From: an uncultured delta proteobacterium
GTDB taxonomy: Bacteria; Desulfobacterota; Binatia; UBA9968
DNA length: 64,000 bases
NCBI GenBank assembly: GCA_963847445.1
Contig: CAWJZV010000016.1
Span: 1 to 64,000, forward strand
Direction: 5' to 3'
This document shows, piece after piece, positions 21,664 to 33,564 of the stretch (its first letter is position 1; the number at the start of each line of letters is the position of its first letter). Below the pieces are notes generated by a model. The model did not search any database, was not told where the DNA came from, and saw only the letters and a list, made by a program, of their open reading frames with translations. The translations under genes and the position numbers were made by a program.

Positions 21664-23826
21664 TTATTTCGCCAGCGGATCGGGCCGCAACTGAAAATGC
21701 ACCGCCAGCGGTTTGGAGCCCTTGCCGTTCTCCATCAGCCAGGGCGCGCGGTCGCCGCTCGAACTCCACAATCCGCGCCCCTTCCAGCCGGCTTTGGGAT
21801 CGTCGATGCGTCCGTCGAAACCTTTGGCGTAGAAGCCGATCGGATAAGGCACGCGCAACAGGATCATCTTGCCGTCTTTCAACGCGACCAGGCCATCGTG
21901 CAAGTTGCCGGTGGACATCGGCACGTCCTCGCCTAGGCCGAAGGTGTTGTGCTGATCGACCCAGGAGTAGTAGCTCGACTCAGCGCTGTTCTCGCCGATG
22001 CCCTTGAAAGCCGGGACCGGGATATTGATAAAACGCCCAGCCCTCGGGGCAATGATCGCCCGTGGCCTTCGGTCCATTGAGCGGACCCTTGCATTTTCTC
22101 CGGTCGAAGCTCGCCAGATGACCGCTCGCGAGCGATGCCCAGACGACGCCTTGCTTGTCGATGTCGGCGCCGCGAATGCCGAAGCCGGGTAACGGCATGT
22201 TGTAGATCTCCGCAAGCGCGGTCTCCGACGGATTCGGCCCCGGGCATGAGCCGCACGACAGCACCCGGGAAACACGTTCGACCGAACCCCAGACCGAACC
22301 GTCCGCCGGACTCGGCATCACGGCGTAAAAGCCCGCGATGATGCGCTTGTCCTTGGTCGGATCCACCGGCTGGTTGGGCTCGACATATTCGTCGCGCTTG
22401 CCGTTGCCGTTGGTATCGAGAATCATCGGCGTCCAGCCCTGCGACTTTCGCCGCATCGCCGGTTTCGTCGAATATTTTCATGTCGAGCCAACCGACCACC
22501 TGGCCGCCGCCGCTGGTCCACAGGGTTTCGTTGGCGTCCGAACTGCAAATGATGCGTGCCGAAAGCAGGTGTCGATGAAGGTGTACTGCATCGGTCTTGG
22601 GATCGAGCATCGTCAGATGGCGGTTCGTGCGCTCGATCGGAAAGGCTTTGGCCGAGGGATGGTCCGAGCCTTTCTTACAAAAGTCCGGATTGTTCGGACC
22701 GCGCACCGTCGCGGCGAACCACACCCGTCCTTTGCGGTCGAACATGCCGTTGTGATTGTTCGCCTTGCTATCCCACACCTTTTCGTTGCCCCAGTAGGGC
22801 GACGGCTGCATCGGTTTTCGCTCGCCGCATCCGGACCTGGGCGTATCGGCGTCGCGCACCGGGGCTAGGAAGTTCTTCGCGGTATGCGTTTTCGGATCGA
22901 GGATCGGAATGATATCGACGCTTAACTCAGTGGAGCCATAAACCGGACCGTAGGCATTGACCGTCGGATAAGCGCCGGTCGGAAGCGATCAGGTCGTGCA
23001 AGATAATGCTTGTCGTCGAGCCAATCCCACGTCGTCACGACGATGTTGCGCTCGACCCCTTGCGGCCGTAGCGGCTTGGTATGGGGCAACTCGCCCTTGG
23101 CGATGCGGTCGGTCCAGTCAGCGAAATATTCGATCGGAACGCGCGCCGAGATCTTTGATCAGCGATGTCGAACATCGACTACGCCGCCCTGTCCCGACTG
23201 GATGCGGCGGAACCACGCTTCCTCGGAATTGGTGAACTTGCCCATCGGGATACGGCACATTCTGGGGAAGGTGCGCGTGGCGACGCGTGCCCATCGATGG
23301 CAGTTGGCACAACCGTTAGACTTCATCGAGTTCAGATATTCGATTCTGCGTCAGCTTCTCGGGAATGTTCCCTCGCCGCCAAACTCGCTTTTGTCCGGAA
23401 TCTTCATCATCGAGTACCAGTGAATCGCCGGATAATATCTGCGCCGCCGCGGCATCGTTGGGCGCCACGACCGCTTTCAAATTGAGAATCTTGCCGGGCG
23501 CGCTTTTGACCTTGGGCGAATCGACCAAGCCGTAGCCGCGCACCCAAATGTTGTAATTGGCCTTGGGCAAGTCCGGCAGCACATAGCGCCCGCCATCGTC
23601 GGTCACCACCATGCGGGCGAATCGCGTCGGCAGCTCGGTGGTTTCCGCGATCACCCACACCCCCGCTTCCGGCCCCTTGGCGCTGGTCACCACGCCGCCG
23701 ATGTCGTCATTGTCGATCTGCACGGTGACGCTTTGTTGGCTGCTCAATTCGACAGGCGACACAGCCAACCAGGCGACGATCAGCTATCGCCAATCCGCCT
23801 AGGCACCCGAAGAGTTTTGTCCTCAT
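21664..23826 (-). CDS. Secreted carboxypeptidase-regulatory-domain protein with a CxxCH heme-c motif and propeller-like C-terminus (many frameshifts)
   Basis: DIGGVVTSAKGPEAGVWVIAET, WVRGYGLVDS, SNGCANCH at ~23297-23311, ends HFQLRPDPLAK*. Confidence 0.75.
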
Positions 23827-24055
23827 GGTCTTACTTCCCCCCTATTTAGCTCGCATAGGTCTGGAGCGACCTAAACAATAACGAATGGCACCGCGATGTG
23901 TCAACTAACAATTAGCGCGCTTGAATTTGACCTGCGAGTATCAAATTGTCGCTCAACTCTCAGCTCTCCACGAGCCGCCCGAGAACACCGTTCGGGACGA
24001 CCGAGTAAACCGCGCGGACTCCACGATCAAGCTAGGTTTCGCCGTTTTCCTCAGG

Positions 24056-24421
24056 TTAGCTGGGTTCGCAATAGTTGAGATCGGCGAAGCTTTTAATCTC
24101 GGGCCGGACGATCAGGCTGTAAACCGGATTAGTCGTCTGCGCGACGATGGCTACGGCGTCGGAACCCTTGAGCACGGCTTGAATCAGATAAGGCGTGGCG
24201 TTCTTGCCGGCGTCGATCTCTCCCTTGTCGAGGGCCGCGACGATCCGGTCCGTGCCGCCGGGAATTGGCACCACTTCGAGAGTTAAGCCTTCGCGAACAA
24301 AGAACCCCTTGCGCTCAGCGACCGTGAGTGGAAGCGAGGACAAGCTGCCGGCCGGAGTGGCGTTCTGGCCGTAGCGCAGCGTGATCAGCTCGGCGGCGGT
24401 GGCAGCGGTCACTACATACAT
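24056..24421 (-). pseudogene. Truncated NMT1-like solute-binding protein
   Basis: Parallels 12318-13295 up to RPEIKSFADL, then unrelated sequence. Confidence 0.7.
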
Positions 24422-24477
24422 GCAGAGAAGCGCCGCAATAAGAACGACCCGTCCGAAAATTTATCAAGACGCCTCTC

Positions 24478-24883
24478 TCACTTCGCCAACGGATCGGGCC
24501 GCAATTGGAACTTCACTACCTTCGGGCGTGTTCCCTTGCCGCCTTCCATGTGGAAGGGCGTGCGTGTTCCCGTCGTCGCCCATAGCCCATTGCCCTTCCA
24601 GCCGGTCTTGGGATTGTCGATGCGGCCGTCCATACATTTGGCGTAGAAACCGAGCGGAAAAGGGCACGCGCAAATTGACCATCTTGCCATCCACCAACGC
24701 GATCAGCGAATCGTTCAAGTTGCCGGTGGCGATGGGCACGTCCTTGCCCAAGCCGAAGGTGTCGAACTGATCGACCCAAGTATAGTAACTCGACTCGGCG
24801 CTGCCCGTGGGTTCGTTCAAGCTCTCGAAGTTCGGTCCCGGCAGAGTGTGCAGCGTCCAGCCTTCGGCGCAGTGCTTGCCCAA
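24478..24883 (-). pseudogene. C-terminal fragment of a paralog of the 21664-23826 protein
   Basis: HCAEGW..AESSYYTWVDQ..DGRIDNPKTGWKG..KFQLRPDPLAK; no N-terminal part. Confidence 0.75.
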
Positions 24884-25184
24884 ATAACCTTGAACCCTTC
24901 ATAAATGCTCCTTTAGAATGAACGGGTACGGCAAGCGAATGGAGAGTAACCGAAATCGAAATCGCACGTCAATCGAAACTGAACAACATTGAACATTGGA
25001 GCACAGCAACTAGCCCAGTCCGTTCCCTCCCTTTCGTAACTTTCGTAAAGGGAGGTTAGGAGGGATTTTTCAAACTACAAAAACAAAATCCCCCTCAGTC
25101 GCCCTTTTTTAAACGGCAATGAATTCGTGACCTCAGTCGCTGTTCGTACATGACCTGCGACGCGGCGCGGCAGTATCACGTCGA

Positions 25185-25472
25185 TCAAATCGTCTCCGCG
25201 ACGTAAAATCCGCCGTGGCTCTTCTTGGTTTGCAGTCCCTCCACCGCGGCGCGAAAGGACTTGTAAGACTCAGTGCCGCGCCAGCGTGCCAGGTGTTCTT
25301 TGCTCTCCCACACCAAAATGACGATCACCGCCGACGGATCGTCTTCGCTGCATAAGATATGTCCACCGGTCGAACCTGCCGACTTACAGCCCTGGACCGC
25401 TTCGCGATAAATCTTGACGTACTCGGCCCGCTTGGCCGGGTCCACCGTCTGAAAGCGCATTTCGTAAACCAT
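25185..25472 (-). CDS. ABM-family (dimeric alpha-beta barrel) protein
   Basis: 95 aa; EDDPSAVIVILVWESKEHLARW; AGGAGG RBS. Confidence 0.75.
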   Translation of the reverse strand: MVYEMRFQTVDPAKRAEYVKIYREAVQGCKSAGSTGGHILCSEDDPSAVIVILVWESKEHLARWRGTESYKSFRAAVEGLQTKKSHGGFYVAETI

Positions 25473-25574
25473 GAGTATCCTCCTGCAAAATCGACATAAA
25501 ATCCCGTGCGACTTTGGCGCAGCGCTACAAATGTTTGGGAGAGCAGCGTCATGCTGCGATAACGACTGTCGCTG

Positions 25575-25901
25575 CTATTCCTCGAACATCCGTGCGTCCA
25601 GCAGCCTAGCACCGTGGATCATCCGCATGACAAGAACTGTTTTCCCCGTGACACGGTAGATCACTCGATGAATGGCCGCGCAGGAGCAAGTGGCGATAGC
25701 GAGTACCTAGCAACTCGTTCTCGGCAATGAGAGGACAGCGTTCAGGAAAGCAGATCTGCTCAGCGTACCGATGTCGAGTTTCGATGACGGCGGATAAATC
25801 TGTCGGCTTCTGCGGGACTGTCGGCAGGCAATAAAACCCCAAATCTCTTCGATATCGCGCTCCGCCGTTCGCGCGATTCTAACGCGAAACTTTGCGGGCA
25901 T
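25575..25901 (-). CDS. RelE/ParE-family toxin (frameshifted)
   Basis: FRVRIARTAERDIEEIW, FPERCPLIAEN, HRVIYRV..VLVMRMIHGARLLD. Confidence 0.75.
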
Positions 25902-26163
25902 GCTTGAACTCTTTAAGAAAACTGCGGATCGGCCGAGTGCGGCCAGCGGCAACATCTTCCTCTGCCTCGGCAAGTAGCCTCGCCATATTGCTCGCCTTCA
26001 AATGTTTCTCGTAAGTAGTGGTATCCATCAGGACCGCATCGGCTTTGCCGTTTACCGTTAAAACGACCGGCCTCTTGGTACGATGCACTTGGCTCAAGAT
26101 CGCTTTGGTATTTCGCTTTAAGTCAGTGACTGAGCGGATATCTTCAGACGGACTGAGTGACAT
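25879..26163 (-). CDS. Phd/YefM-family antitoxin
   Basis: DIRSVTDLKRNT..RPVVLTVNGKADAVLMD. Confidence 0.9.
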   Translation of the reverse strand: MSLSPSEDIRSVTDLKRNTKAILSQVHRTKRPVVLTVNGKADAVLMDTTTYEKHLKASNMARLLAEAEEDVAAGRTRPIRSFLKEFKHARKVSR

Positions 26164-26199
26164 GAAGACACCTCGTTTGGTCGACTATGGATGGCGCTG

Positions 26200-26228
26200 A
26201 ATATAGCACCTAATTTGATGCTCAACAA
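26200..26228 (-). promoter_or_regulatory. Sigma70-like promoter with putative TA autorepression operator
   Basis: Minus strand TTGTTG-17 nt-TATATT; imperfect palindrome AGCACC-N6-GATGCT (26205-26222) in the spacer. Confidence 0.5.
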
Positions 26229-26264
26229 TAAACCCTGGTCAAGCTGGACTGACGCGGAACCAGC

Positions 26265-27723
26265 TTACGAGCCCTGCTCCAACCGCAGCGTCAAGCCGTT
26301 TTTCTCTATGTAAACCTGCCGGTATTGTTTGCGCTTGGCGAGCTCGGAGATCAGCAGCGCCAGCGGCTGCGAGATCGCGCTATAATCCTTCGGCGCGCCG
26401 GCGGCGAGCATGGCATCGACGGCGGGATCGCCGGCGATGACGCGCAGGACCAGTTCTTCGTCAGAAACATTCGAGCCGCCGACTTTGCGCCGCACTTCTG
26501 GCAGCGACATTTCCGGCACCGACCAGTTCGCCCAATCCTTGGCGCGCGGCCGGCTGAGAATCTTGTCTTTGACGCCGGCGTCCATCACCGTCGGCGCTTC
26601 CTTGCCCCAGTGGCCCAGGGCGTACTGAATCGCCTGGTCGGTAACCTCTTTGTAGCGCTCGCCGGTGATGATATTAATCGCCGCCTGGCTGCCGACGAAT
26701 TGCGCCAGCGGCGTCACCATGATCGGATAACCGAACTCGGCCCGCACCCGGCCGCATTCCTCCAGCGTTTCCTCGATCCGGTGCGCCATTCCCATCTTGC
26801 CCAACTGAAAGCGCAAGTTGGAAATCATGCCCCCCGGCACTTGATGCAGGTACTGCGCATGATCGTACTCGCGCTGCGCGCCCACCGGATGGCCCTCCAG
26901 TTTGGCGATGGTCGTGAAATGTTTCTCGACCGGCTTGACCGCTTCCAAGTCAACTTGCGGTTGGTAACCCAACGCTTGAGCATTGCGCGCAACGTTAAAA
27001 ATCGATGGCTGCCCTGAGCCGTTGGCCAGCGGCGGGATACCGGTGTGAAACGTCTCGACGCCGAGCTTCATCGCTTCTAAATAATTGAAAGGCGCCATGC
27101 CGTTGTTGCAGTGGGCGTGGAACTCCAATGGGATATCGCCGATGTTTTGCTGGATCAATGGAATCAACGCGCGCGTGCGATCCGGCGTCAGCAAGCCGCC
27201 AACGTCTTTGAAACAGATCCGATAAGGTTTGATCGCCGCCGCCTGACGCGCCCGCGTGGCAAAGTACTCGTCGGTGTGGCGCGGCGAAACCGAATAAATG
27301 ATGTTGACGATCACCTCCATGCCAAGTTGCTTGCAGCGCGGCGATCTCGACGGCGGCCGCGTCGTAGTCATTCCACGGATCGGACGAACGCGTCAGTGTG
27401 ATGCCGTGGGCCGCGACGCGCTCGATCATCAACAGCCGAACCGAACGTGGAATTTTTTCGAACCCCGATGCCAGTCCGCCGTGGTAACGCAGTCGCGTGC
27501 GGCGAAATCTCTTGGCGCCCTCGCCCATCCATACCCATGGATTTTCTTTGTGCTCTTTGACGTACTTGATGTAGCCGGCAAAGCCGAAGAATTCCATCGA
27601 TTCAAAACCGCACTGGTCCATCCGCTCGGCAATTGCCAGCATCGCGCCGGTGCGCATGCCCAACGCCCACAAGCTCAACGACCCATCGCGCACGGTGGTA
27701 TCGACAAATTTGATTTGCTTCAT
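26265..27723 (-). CDS. Pyruvate carboxylase subunit B / oxaloacetate decarboxylase alpha-like carboxyltransferase (frameshift near 27330)
   Basis: DTTVRDG, CFKDVGGLL, EFHAHCNNG, HQVPGGMISN, GYPIMVTPLAQ; no biotinyl domain. Confidence 0.88.
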
Positions 27724-28018
27724 CTCTGTTATCGCTTAGTTCCAATCGGTGAGTATCCTTTAGAACGGCGAAATTCTAACTCGACTCTATAGCGGTATAT
27801 CGATTAGCACAGGTCTAACTTTTTAGTCGAGCATGTTTTGCCGATTGCGAATGTCCACCCGTCGGCTTCTGTCTAGGAATTGCGAATAATTTTCCTGAGA
27901 CTGTCCCGCCTGTGGGACTTTAACCTCACCAGCGCCAGCGACAGGATGGCATAGTCGTTGCTCCTCAAGTGATCATGAGAATTTCTTGTATTTTATTAAC
28001 GCTAAAAGGAGAGACTGT

Positions 28019-28585
28019 ATGAAGAAAACTATCATAACGGCAATCGTCGTATCAGGGTCTTTGATCGGCGGCGCTTTATCTGCGCAGCAAACCGCGCCCA
28101 ATAATAGGAATATGCCCAATGCCAATCCAGCCACGGAGGTGCCCCGTGAAATAAATCCCAGCAACCCCGGCCAGGTTGCCCCCAAAGGACCGGGTCTGGA
28201 CCAAAAAATTCCCGGCCAAGAGGGCACCATTCCGGAAATTATCCAGCGCCCCGGCGGTGTGACTCCGCAAGCGCAGACTCCCCAACAGCAAGCTCCGCAA
28301 GCGCAAATGACCGTTTCCCCCGAAGAAATTCGCCGGGCGCAAGAAGCTCTCAAGACAAAAGGTTACGATCCGGGAGCGGCCAGTGGCAATTTGCACGCGG
28401 GCACTCAAGAAGCCTTGCGTAAGTATCAAAAAGCTAACAATTTGCCGGTCACCGGAGTTCTGGATCAACGGACGGCGGAGACACTCGGAGTAGAAATTCG
28501 CAAAAGCGATAGCAAGCCTTCTGATACTAAATCTTTTGATAGCAAGTCGTCTACAGAACCGAACAAATCGCTACCCGCGAAGTAA
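28019..28585 (+). CDS. Secreted Q/P-rich peptidoglycan-binding domain protein (copy 1)
   Basis: Signal peptide; IRRAQEALKTKGYDPG..GTQEALRKYQKANNLPVTGVLD. Confidence 0.85.
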   Translation: MKKTIITAIVVSGSLIGGALSAQQTAPNNRNMPNANPATEVPREINPSNPGQVAPKGPGLDQKIPGQEGTIPEIIQRPGGVTPQAQTPQQQAPQAQMTVSPEEIRRAQEALKTKGYDPGAASGNLHAGTQEALRKYQKANNLPVTGVLDQRTAETLGVEIRKSDSKPSDTKSFDSKSSTEPNKSLPAK

Positions 28586-28623
28586 ACGCGTGTGTAAACT
28601 TAAGCGGCGGGTAGCGAAAGTCG

Positions 28624-29761
28624 CTACCCGCCGACGTGGCCGGCGACTATTGATTTTACGATCGCTGTTATCTGTTCGAGATCTTCAAATGCGACGCTGG
28701 GGTCACAGGGTAATTCGATTAGCTGGGGCCAAACTCGCTCGCAGTAGGGTAAACGATCCCACACGCATTGCGGGAATTGACTTAACAAATGAATCGGCAT
28801 GTAACTGCCCTGCACTTCGTAACCGGCTTCGCCTAGCGCCGCTATAATCCTTGCCGCAAGGTCTTCGCCTCGCTCTTTCCCCACGATCCGAACGACCTGC
28901 GTCAAGCAGGCCGAGCCAGGGCCGTGGCGAATCAACTCGATAGCCAACTCGTTTCCGAGCAATTGCTGATAGGCTTCGACTCTGGCGCGGCGCGCTTGCA
29001 GATTCTCCGGTAGCGAATGAATGAGACTGCGCGCCACCGCGGCATTTAAGTTCGCCATGATTTCCTGTCGATAGCGCTCCGGCGGAGCCTCAGGATTTTT
29101 TTCATGGCTGCGCGAGAGCATGTGTTGAAACGGCAAAGTCCACCCGCGCCAACGGCGGAGCACCAGAGTTGAAGCCAATCTCGCGAGCGTGTGACTGGCG
29201 CTCGGATGGCCAAGAACAACTTCCCGCGCGGCCTCGAGCACGCCGCGGCTGTGGGAAATCAAAGCCCCGCCGCCGAGGCCGAAGCAGATTTTCTCGGCGC
29301 CGAAGCTGACGACACCCATATCGCCGAAGGTCGCCATCGGCTGATCGTCGATCGTCGCACCGAATGCCTGGGCGGCATCGTCGATGACAACGATATTGTT
29401 CGAGTTAGCCAACTCCACGATCGCTCCCATATCGGCCGGATTGCCGAACAAATGGGGCACGATGATCGCGCGGGTCCTGCCCGTAAGCGCCGCGTCAACC
29501 GTTTCCAGCGTGAGATTGAGTTCACTACCAACATCGGCCAATACCGGCGTTGCGCCCACGGCTAAGATCGGCCTCACCACGGTGCTGCAACAAAAGCTCG
29601 GGATAATCACTTCGTCGTCTCGACCGAGGCGACAGGTGCGCAAGGCCAGCTCCAACGCCAAACTGCCAGAGCCGCAAAGGATGACGTCGTCGACGCCGAA
29701 GTGGTCGAGCAGCTGCGATCGCAATGCCACGACATCCGTTCCGCGGACCACTGACCGGAAA
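28624..29761 (-). pseudogene. DegT/DnrJ/EryC1/StrS aminotransferase, 5'-truncated copy
   Basis: Matches 31841-33088 but lacks the first ~36 codons at the duplication junction. Confidence 0.8.
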
Positions 29762-29762
29762 A

Positions 29763-30940
29763 GCGCGGCCGACTGAGAATCTTGTCTTTGATGCCGGGGT
29801 CCATCACCGTCGGCGCTTCCTTGCCCCAGTAGCCCAGGGCGTACTGAATCGCCTGGTCGGTAACCTCTTTGTAGCGCTCGCCGGTGATGGTATTAATCGC
29901 CGCCTGGCTGCCGACGAATTGCGCCAGCGGCGTCACCATGATCGGATAACCGAAATCGGCCCGCACCCGGCCGCATTCCTCCAGCGTTTCCTCGATCCGG
30001 TGCGCCATTCCCATCTTGCCCAACTGAAAGCGCAAGTTGGAAATCATGCCGCCCGGCACCTGATGCAGGTACTGCGCATGATCGTACTCGCGCTGCGCGC
30101 CCACGGGATGGCCCTCCAGTTTGGCGATGGTCGTGAAATGTTTCTCGACCGGCTTGACCGCTTCCAAGTCAACTTGCGGTTGGTAACCCAACGCTTGAGC
30201 ATTGCGTGCAACGTTAACAATCGATGGCTGCCCTGAGCCGTTGGCCAGCGGCGGGATACCGGTGTGAAACGTCTCGACGCCGAGCTTCATCGCTGCTAAA
30301 GATTGAAAGGCGCCATGCCGTTGTTGCAGTGGGCGTGGAACTCCAATGGGGTATCGCCGATGTTTTGCTGGATCAATGGAATCAAAGTGCGCGTGCGATC
30401 CGGTGTCAGCAAGCCGCCAACGTCTTTGAAACAGATCCGGTAAGGTTTGATCGCCGCCGCCTGGCGCGCCCGCGTGGCAAAGTACTCGTCGGTGTGGCGC
30501 GGCGAAACCGAATAAATGATGTTGACGATCACTTCCATACCGAGCTGCTGCAGCGCGGCGATCTCGACGGCGGCCGCGTCATAGTCATTCCAAGGATCGG
30601 ACGAACGCGTCAGTGTGATGCCGTGGGCCGCGACGCGCTCGATCATCAACAGCCGAACCGAACGTGGGATTTTTTCGAACCCCGATGCCAGTCCGCCGTG
30701 GTAACGCAGTCGCGTGCGGCGAAACCTTTTAGCGCCCTCGCCCATCCAGACCCACGGGTTTTCCTTATGCTCTTTGACGTACTTGATGTAGCCGGCAAAG
30801 CCGAAGAATTCCATCGATTCAAAACCGCACTGGTCCATCCGCTCGGCAATCGCCAGCATCGCGCCGGTGCGCATGCCCAATGCCCACAAGCTCAACGACC
30901 CATCGCGCACGGTGGTATCGACAAATTTGATTTGCTTCAT
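29763..30940 (-). pseudogene. Carboxyltransferase, 3'-truncated copy
   Basis: Matches 26265-27723 up to KILSRPR, then runs into DegT sequence. Confidence 0.8.
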
Positions 30941-31235
30941 CTTGTTATCGCTTAGTTCCAATTGGTGAGTATCCTTTAGAGCGGCAAAATTCTAACTCGA
31001 CGCTATAACGGTATATCGATTAGCACAGGTCTAACTTTTTAGTCGAGCTTGTTTTGCCGATTGCGAATGTCCACCCGTCGACTTCTGTCTAGGAATTGCG
31101 AATAATTTTCCTGAGATTGTCCCGCCCGTGGGACTTTAACCTCACCAGCGCCAGCGACAGGATGGCATAGTCGTTGCTCCTCCAGTAATCATGAGATTTT
31201 CTTGTTATTTTATTAACGCTAAAAGGAGAGACTGT

Positions 31236-31803
31236 ATGAAGAAAACTATCATAGCGACAATCGTCGTATCAGGGTCTTTGATCGGGCGGCGCTTTATCGG
31301 CGCAGCAAACCGCGCCCAATAATAGGAATATGCCCAATGCCAATCCAGCCACGGAGGTGCCACGTGAAATAAATCCCAGCAACCCCGGCCAAGTTGCCCC
31401 TAAAGGACCAGGTCTGGACCAAAAAATTCCCGGCCAAGAGGGCACCATTCCGGAAATTATCCAGCGCCCCGGCGGTGTGACTCCGCAAGCGCAGACTCCC
31501 CAACAGCAAGTTCCGCAAGAGCAAATGACCGTTTCCCCCGAAGAAATTCGCCGGGCGCAAGAAGCTCTCAAAACAAAAGGTTACGATCCGGGCGCGGCCA
31601 GTGGCAATTTGCACGCGGGCACTCAAGAAGCCTTGCGTAAGTATCAAAAAGCTAACAACTTGCCGGTCACCGGAGTTCTGGATGAACGGACGGCGGAGAC
31701 ACTCGGAGTAGAAATTCGCAAAAGCGATAGCAAGCCTTCTGATACTAAATCTTTTGATAGTAAGTCGTCTAGAGAATCGAACAAATCGGTACCCGCGAAG
31801 TAA
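31236..31803 (+). CDS. Peptidoglycan-binding domain protein (copy 2; frameshift near 31285)
   Basis: Near-identical to 28019-28585. Confidence 0.8.
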
Positions 31804-31840
31804 AGCGTGTGCAAACTTAAGCGGCGGGTAGCGAAAGTCG

Positions 31841-33088
31841 CTACCCGCCGACGTGGCCGGCGACTATTGATTTTACGATCGCTGTTATCTGTTCGAGATC
31901 TTCAAATGCGACGCTGGGTTCACAGGGCAATTCGATCAGCTGGGGCCAAACTCGCTCGCAGTAGGGTAAACGATCCCACACGCATTGCGGGAATTGAGTT
32001 AACAAATGAATCGGCATGTAACTGCCCTGTACTTCGTAACCGGCTTCGCCCAGCGCCGCTATGATCCTTGCCGGGAGGTCCTCGCCGCGCTCTTTCCCCA
32101 CGATCCGAACGACCTGCGTCAAGCAGGCCGAGCCAGGGCGGTGGCGAATCAACTCGATACCCAACTCGTTTCCGAGCAATTGCTGATAGGCTTCGACTCT
32201 GGCGCGGCGCGCTTGCAGATTTTCCGGTAGCGAATGAATGAGACTGCGCGCCACCGCGGCATTTAAGTTCGCCATGATTTCTTGTCGATAGCGCTCCGGT
32301 GGATCCTCAGGACTTCTTTCATGGCTGCGCGAGAGCATGTGTTGAAACGGCAAAGTCCACCCGCGCCAACGGCGCAGCACCAGAGTTGAAGCCAATCTCG
32401 CGAGCGTGTGACTAGCGCTTGGATGGCCAAGAACAACTTCCCGCGCGGCCTCGAGCACGCCGCGGCTGTGGGAAATCAAAACCCCGCCGCCGAGGCCGAA
32501 GCAGATTTTCTCGGCGCCGAAGCTGACGACACCCATATCGCCGAAGGTCGCCATCGGCTGATCGTCGATCGTCGCACCGAGTGCCTGGGCGGCATCGTCG
32601 ATGACGACGACATTGTTCGAGTTAGCCAATTCTACGATCGCTCCCATATCAGCCGGATTCCCGAACAAATGGGGCACGATGATCGCGCGGGTCTTGCCAG
32701 TTCGCGCCGCGTCAACCGTTTCCAGCGTGAGATTGAGTTCACTACCAACATCGGCCAATACCGGCGTCGCGCCCACGGCTAAAATCGCCGCCACCACAGT
32801 GCTGCAACAAAAGCTTGGAATGATCACTTCATCGTCTCGGCCCAGGTGACAGGTGCTTAAGGCCAGCTCCAACGCCAAACTGCCAGAGCCGCAAAGGACG
32901 ACGTCGTCGACGCCGAAGTGGTCGAGGAGCTGCGATCGCAATGCCACGACATCCGTTCCGCGGACCACTTGGCCGGAAACCAGACAGCGCAGTATGTCTC
33001 GCTGCGTCTTACGGTTCCAGAACGGCACAGCGAGTGGAACGCGGGGAAAAGAACGGCGGAGACGATCGTTCAAGGGTTCGAGGTTCAA
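31841..33088 (-). CDS. DegT/DnrJ/EryC1/StrS PLP-dependent aminotransferase
   Basis: SGSLALELAL, IIVPHLFGNPAD, IDDAAQALGA, SFGAEK (PLP lysine). Confidence 0.88.
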   Translation of the reverse strand: MNLEPLNDRLRRSFPRVPLAVPFWNRKTQRDILRCLVSGQVVRGTDVVALRSQLLDHFGVDDVVLCGSGSLALELALSTCHLGRDDEVIIPSFCCSTVVAAILAVGATPVLADVGSELNLTLETVDAARTGKTRAIIVPHLFGNPADMGAIVELANSNNVVVIDDAAQALGATIDDQPMATFGDMGVVSFGAEKICFGLGGGVLISHSRGVLEAAREVVLGHPSASHTLARLASTLVLRRWRGWTLPFQHMLSRSHERSPEDPPERYRQEIMANLNAAVARSLIHSLPENLQARRARVEAYQQLLGNELGIELIRHRPGSACLTQVVRIVGKERGEDLPARIIAALGEAGYEVQGSYMPIHLLTQFPQCVWDRLPYCERVWPQLIELPCEPSVAFEDLEQITAIVKSIVAGHVGG

Positions 33089-33564
33089 AAGTTCAATCGT
33101 TTTCGAAGTGGGTTGGGTCCGTGGGTAATTTTCGAGATAGACATTCTCAAACGGGGAGGTTCAAACCCGCCCCTTGTCTGTGAAATATTCTTGCGCCCCT
33201 TGCACTGCAATACCCAACCGTTTGCGCAGCTTGCGCAAATTTTCAGGACCGGTGTCCGTCAGTAGTCGCGCTCAATAAGAAAAATTCATCTCACCACGAA
33301 GAACACACGAAGAGCACGAAGTTCGGAGAAATAATTTTCCGAAACCTTCGTGTCCTTCGTGACCAAGGCGCAAAGACCGCATAATTCGGAAAATGAATGT
33401 GAAAACTGTTAGTCGGTCTTTCAATATTTCCCTTCCGAACTTGGCGCCTTTGCGGGAGATATTCCGAGACCGACCGGTGCGCCAGGCGCACCCGACGAAA
33501 ACCTTCGTGTACTTCGCGCCTTCGTGGTGAAAACAAACTACACAATAACTCCGAAAGAGCGGCC

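Larger units (their letters stand above)
26544..32979. repeat. Diverged tandem direct duplication, ~3.2-kb unit (26544-29761 / 29763-32979)
   Basis: Same order (carboxyltransferase, PG-binding protein, DegT) in both copies with scattered substitutions; junction CCGGAAA-A-GCGCGGCC. Confidence 0.95.

Noticed and set aside
29607-30290. Novel carboxyltransferase-DegT fusion protein
   Set aside because: It is a product of the duplication junction, and the tail reads DegT sequence out of frame.
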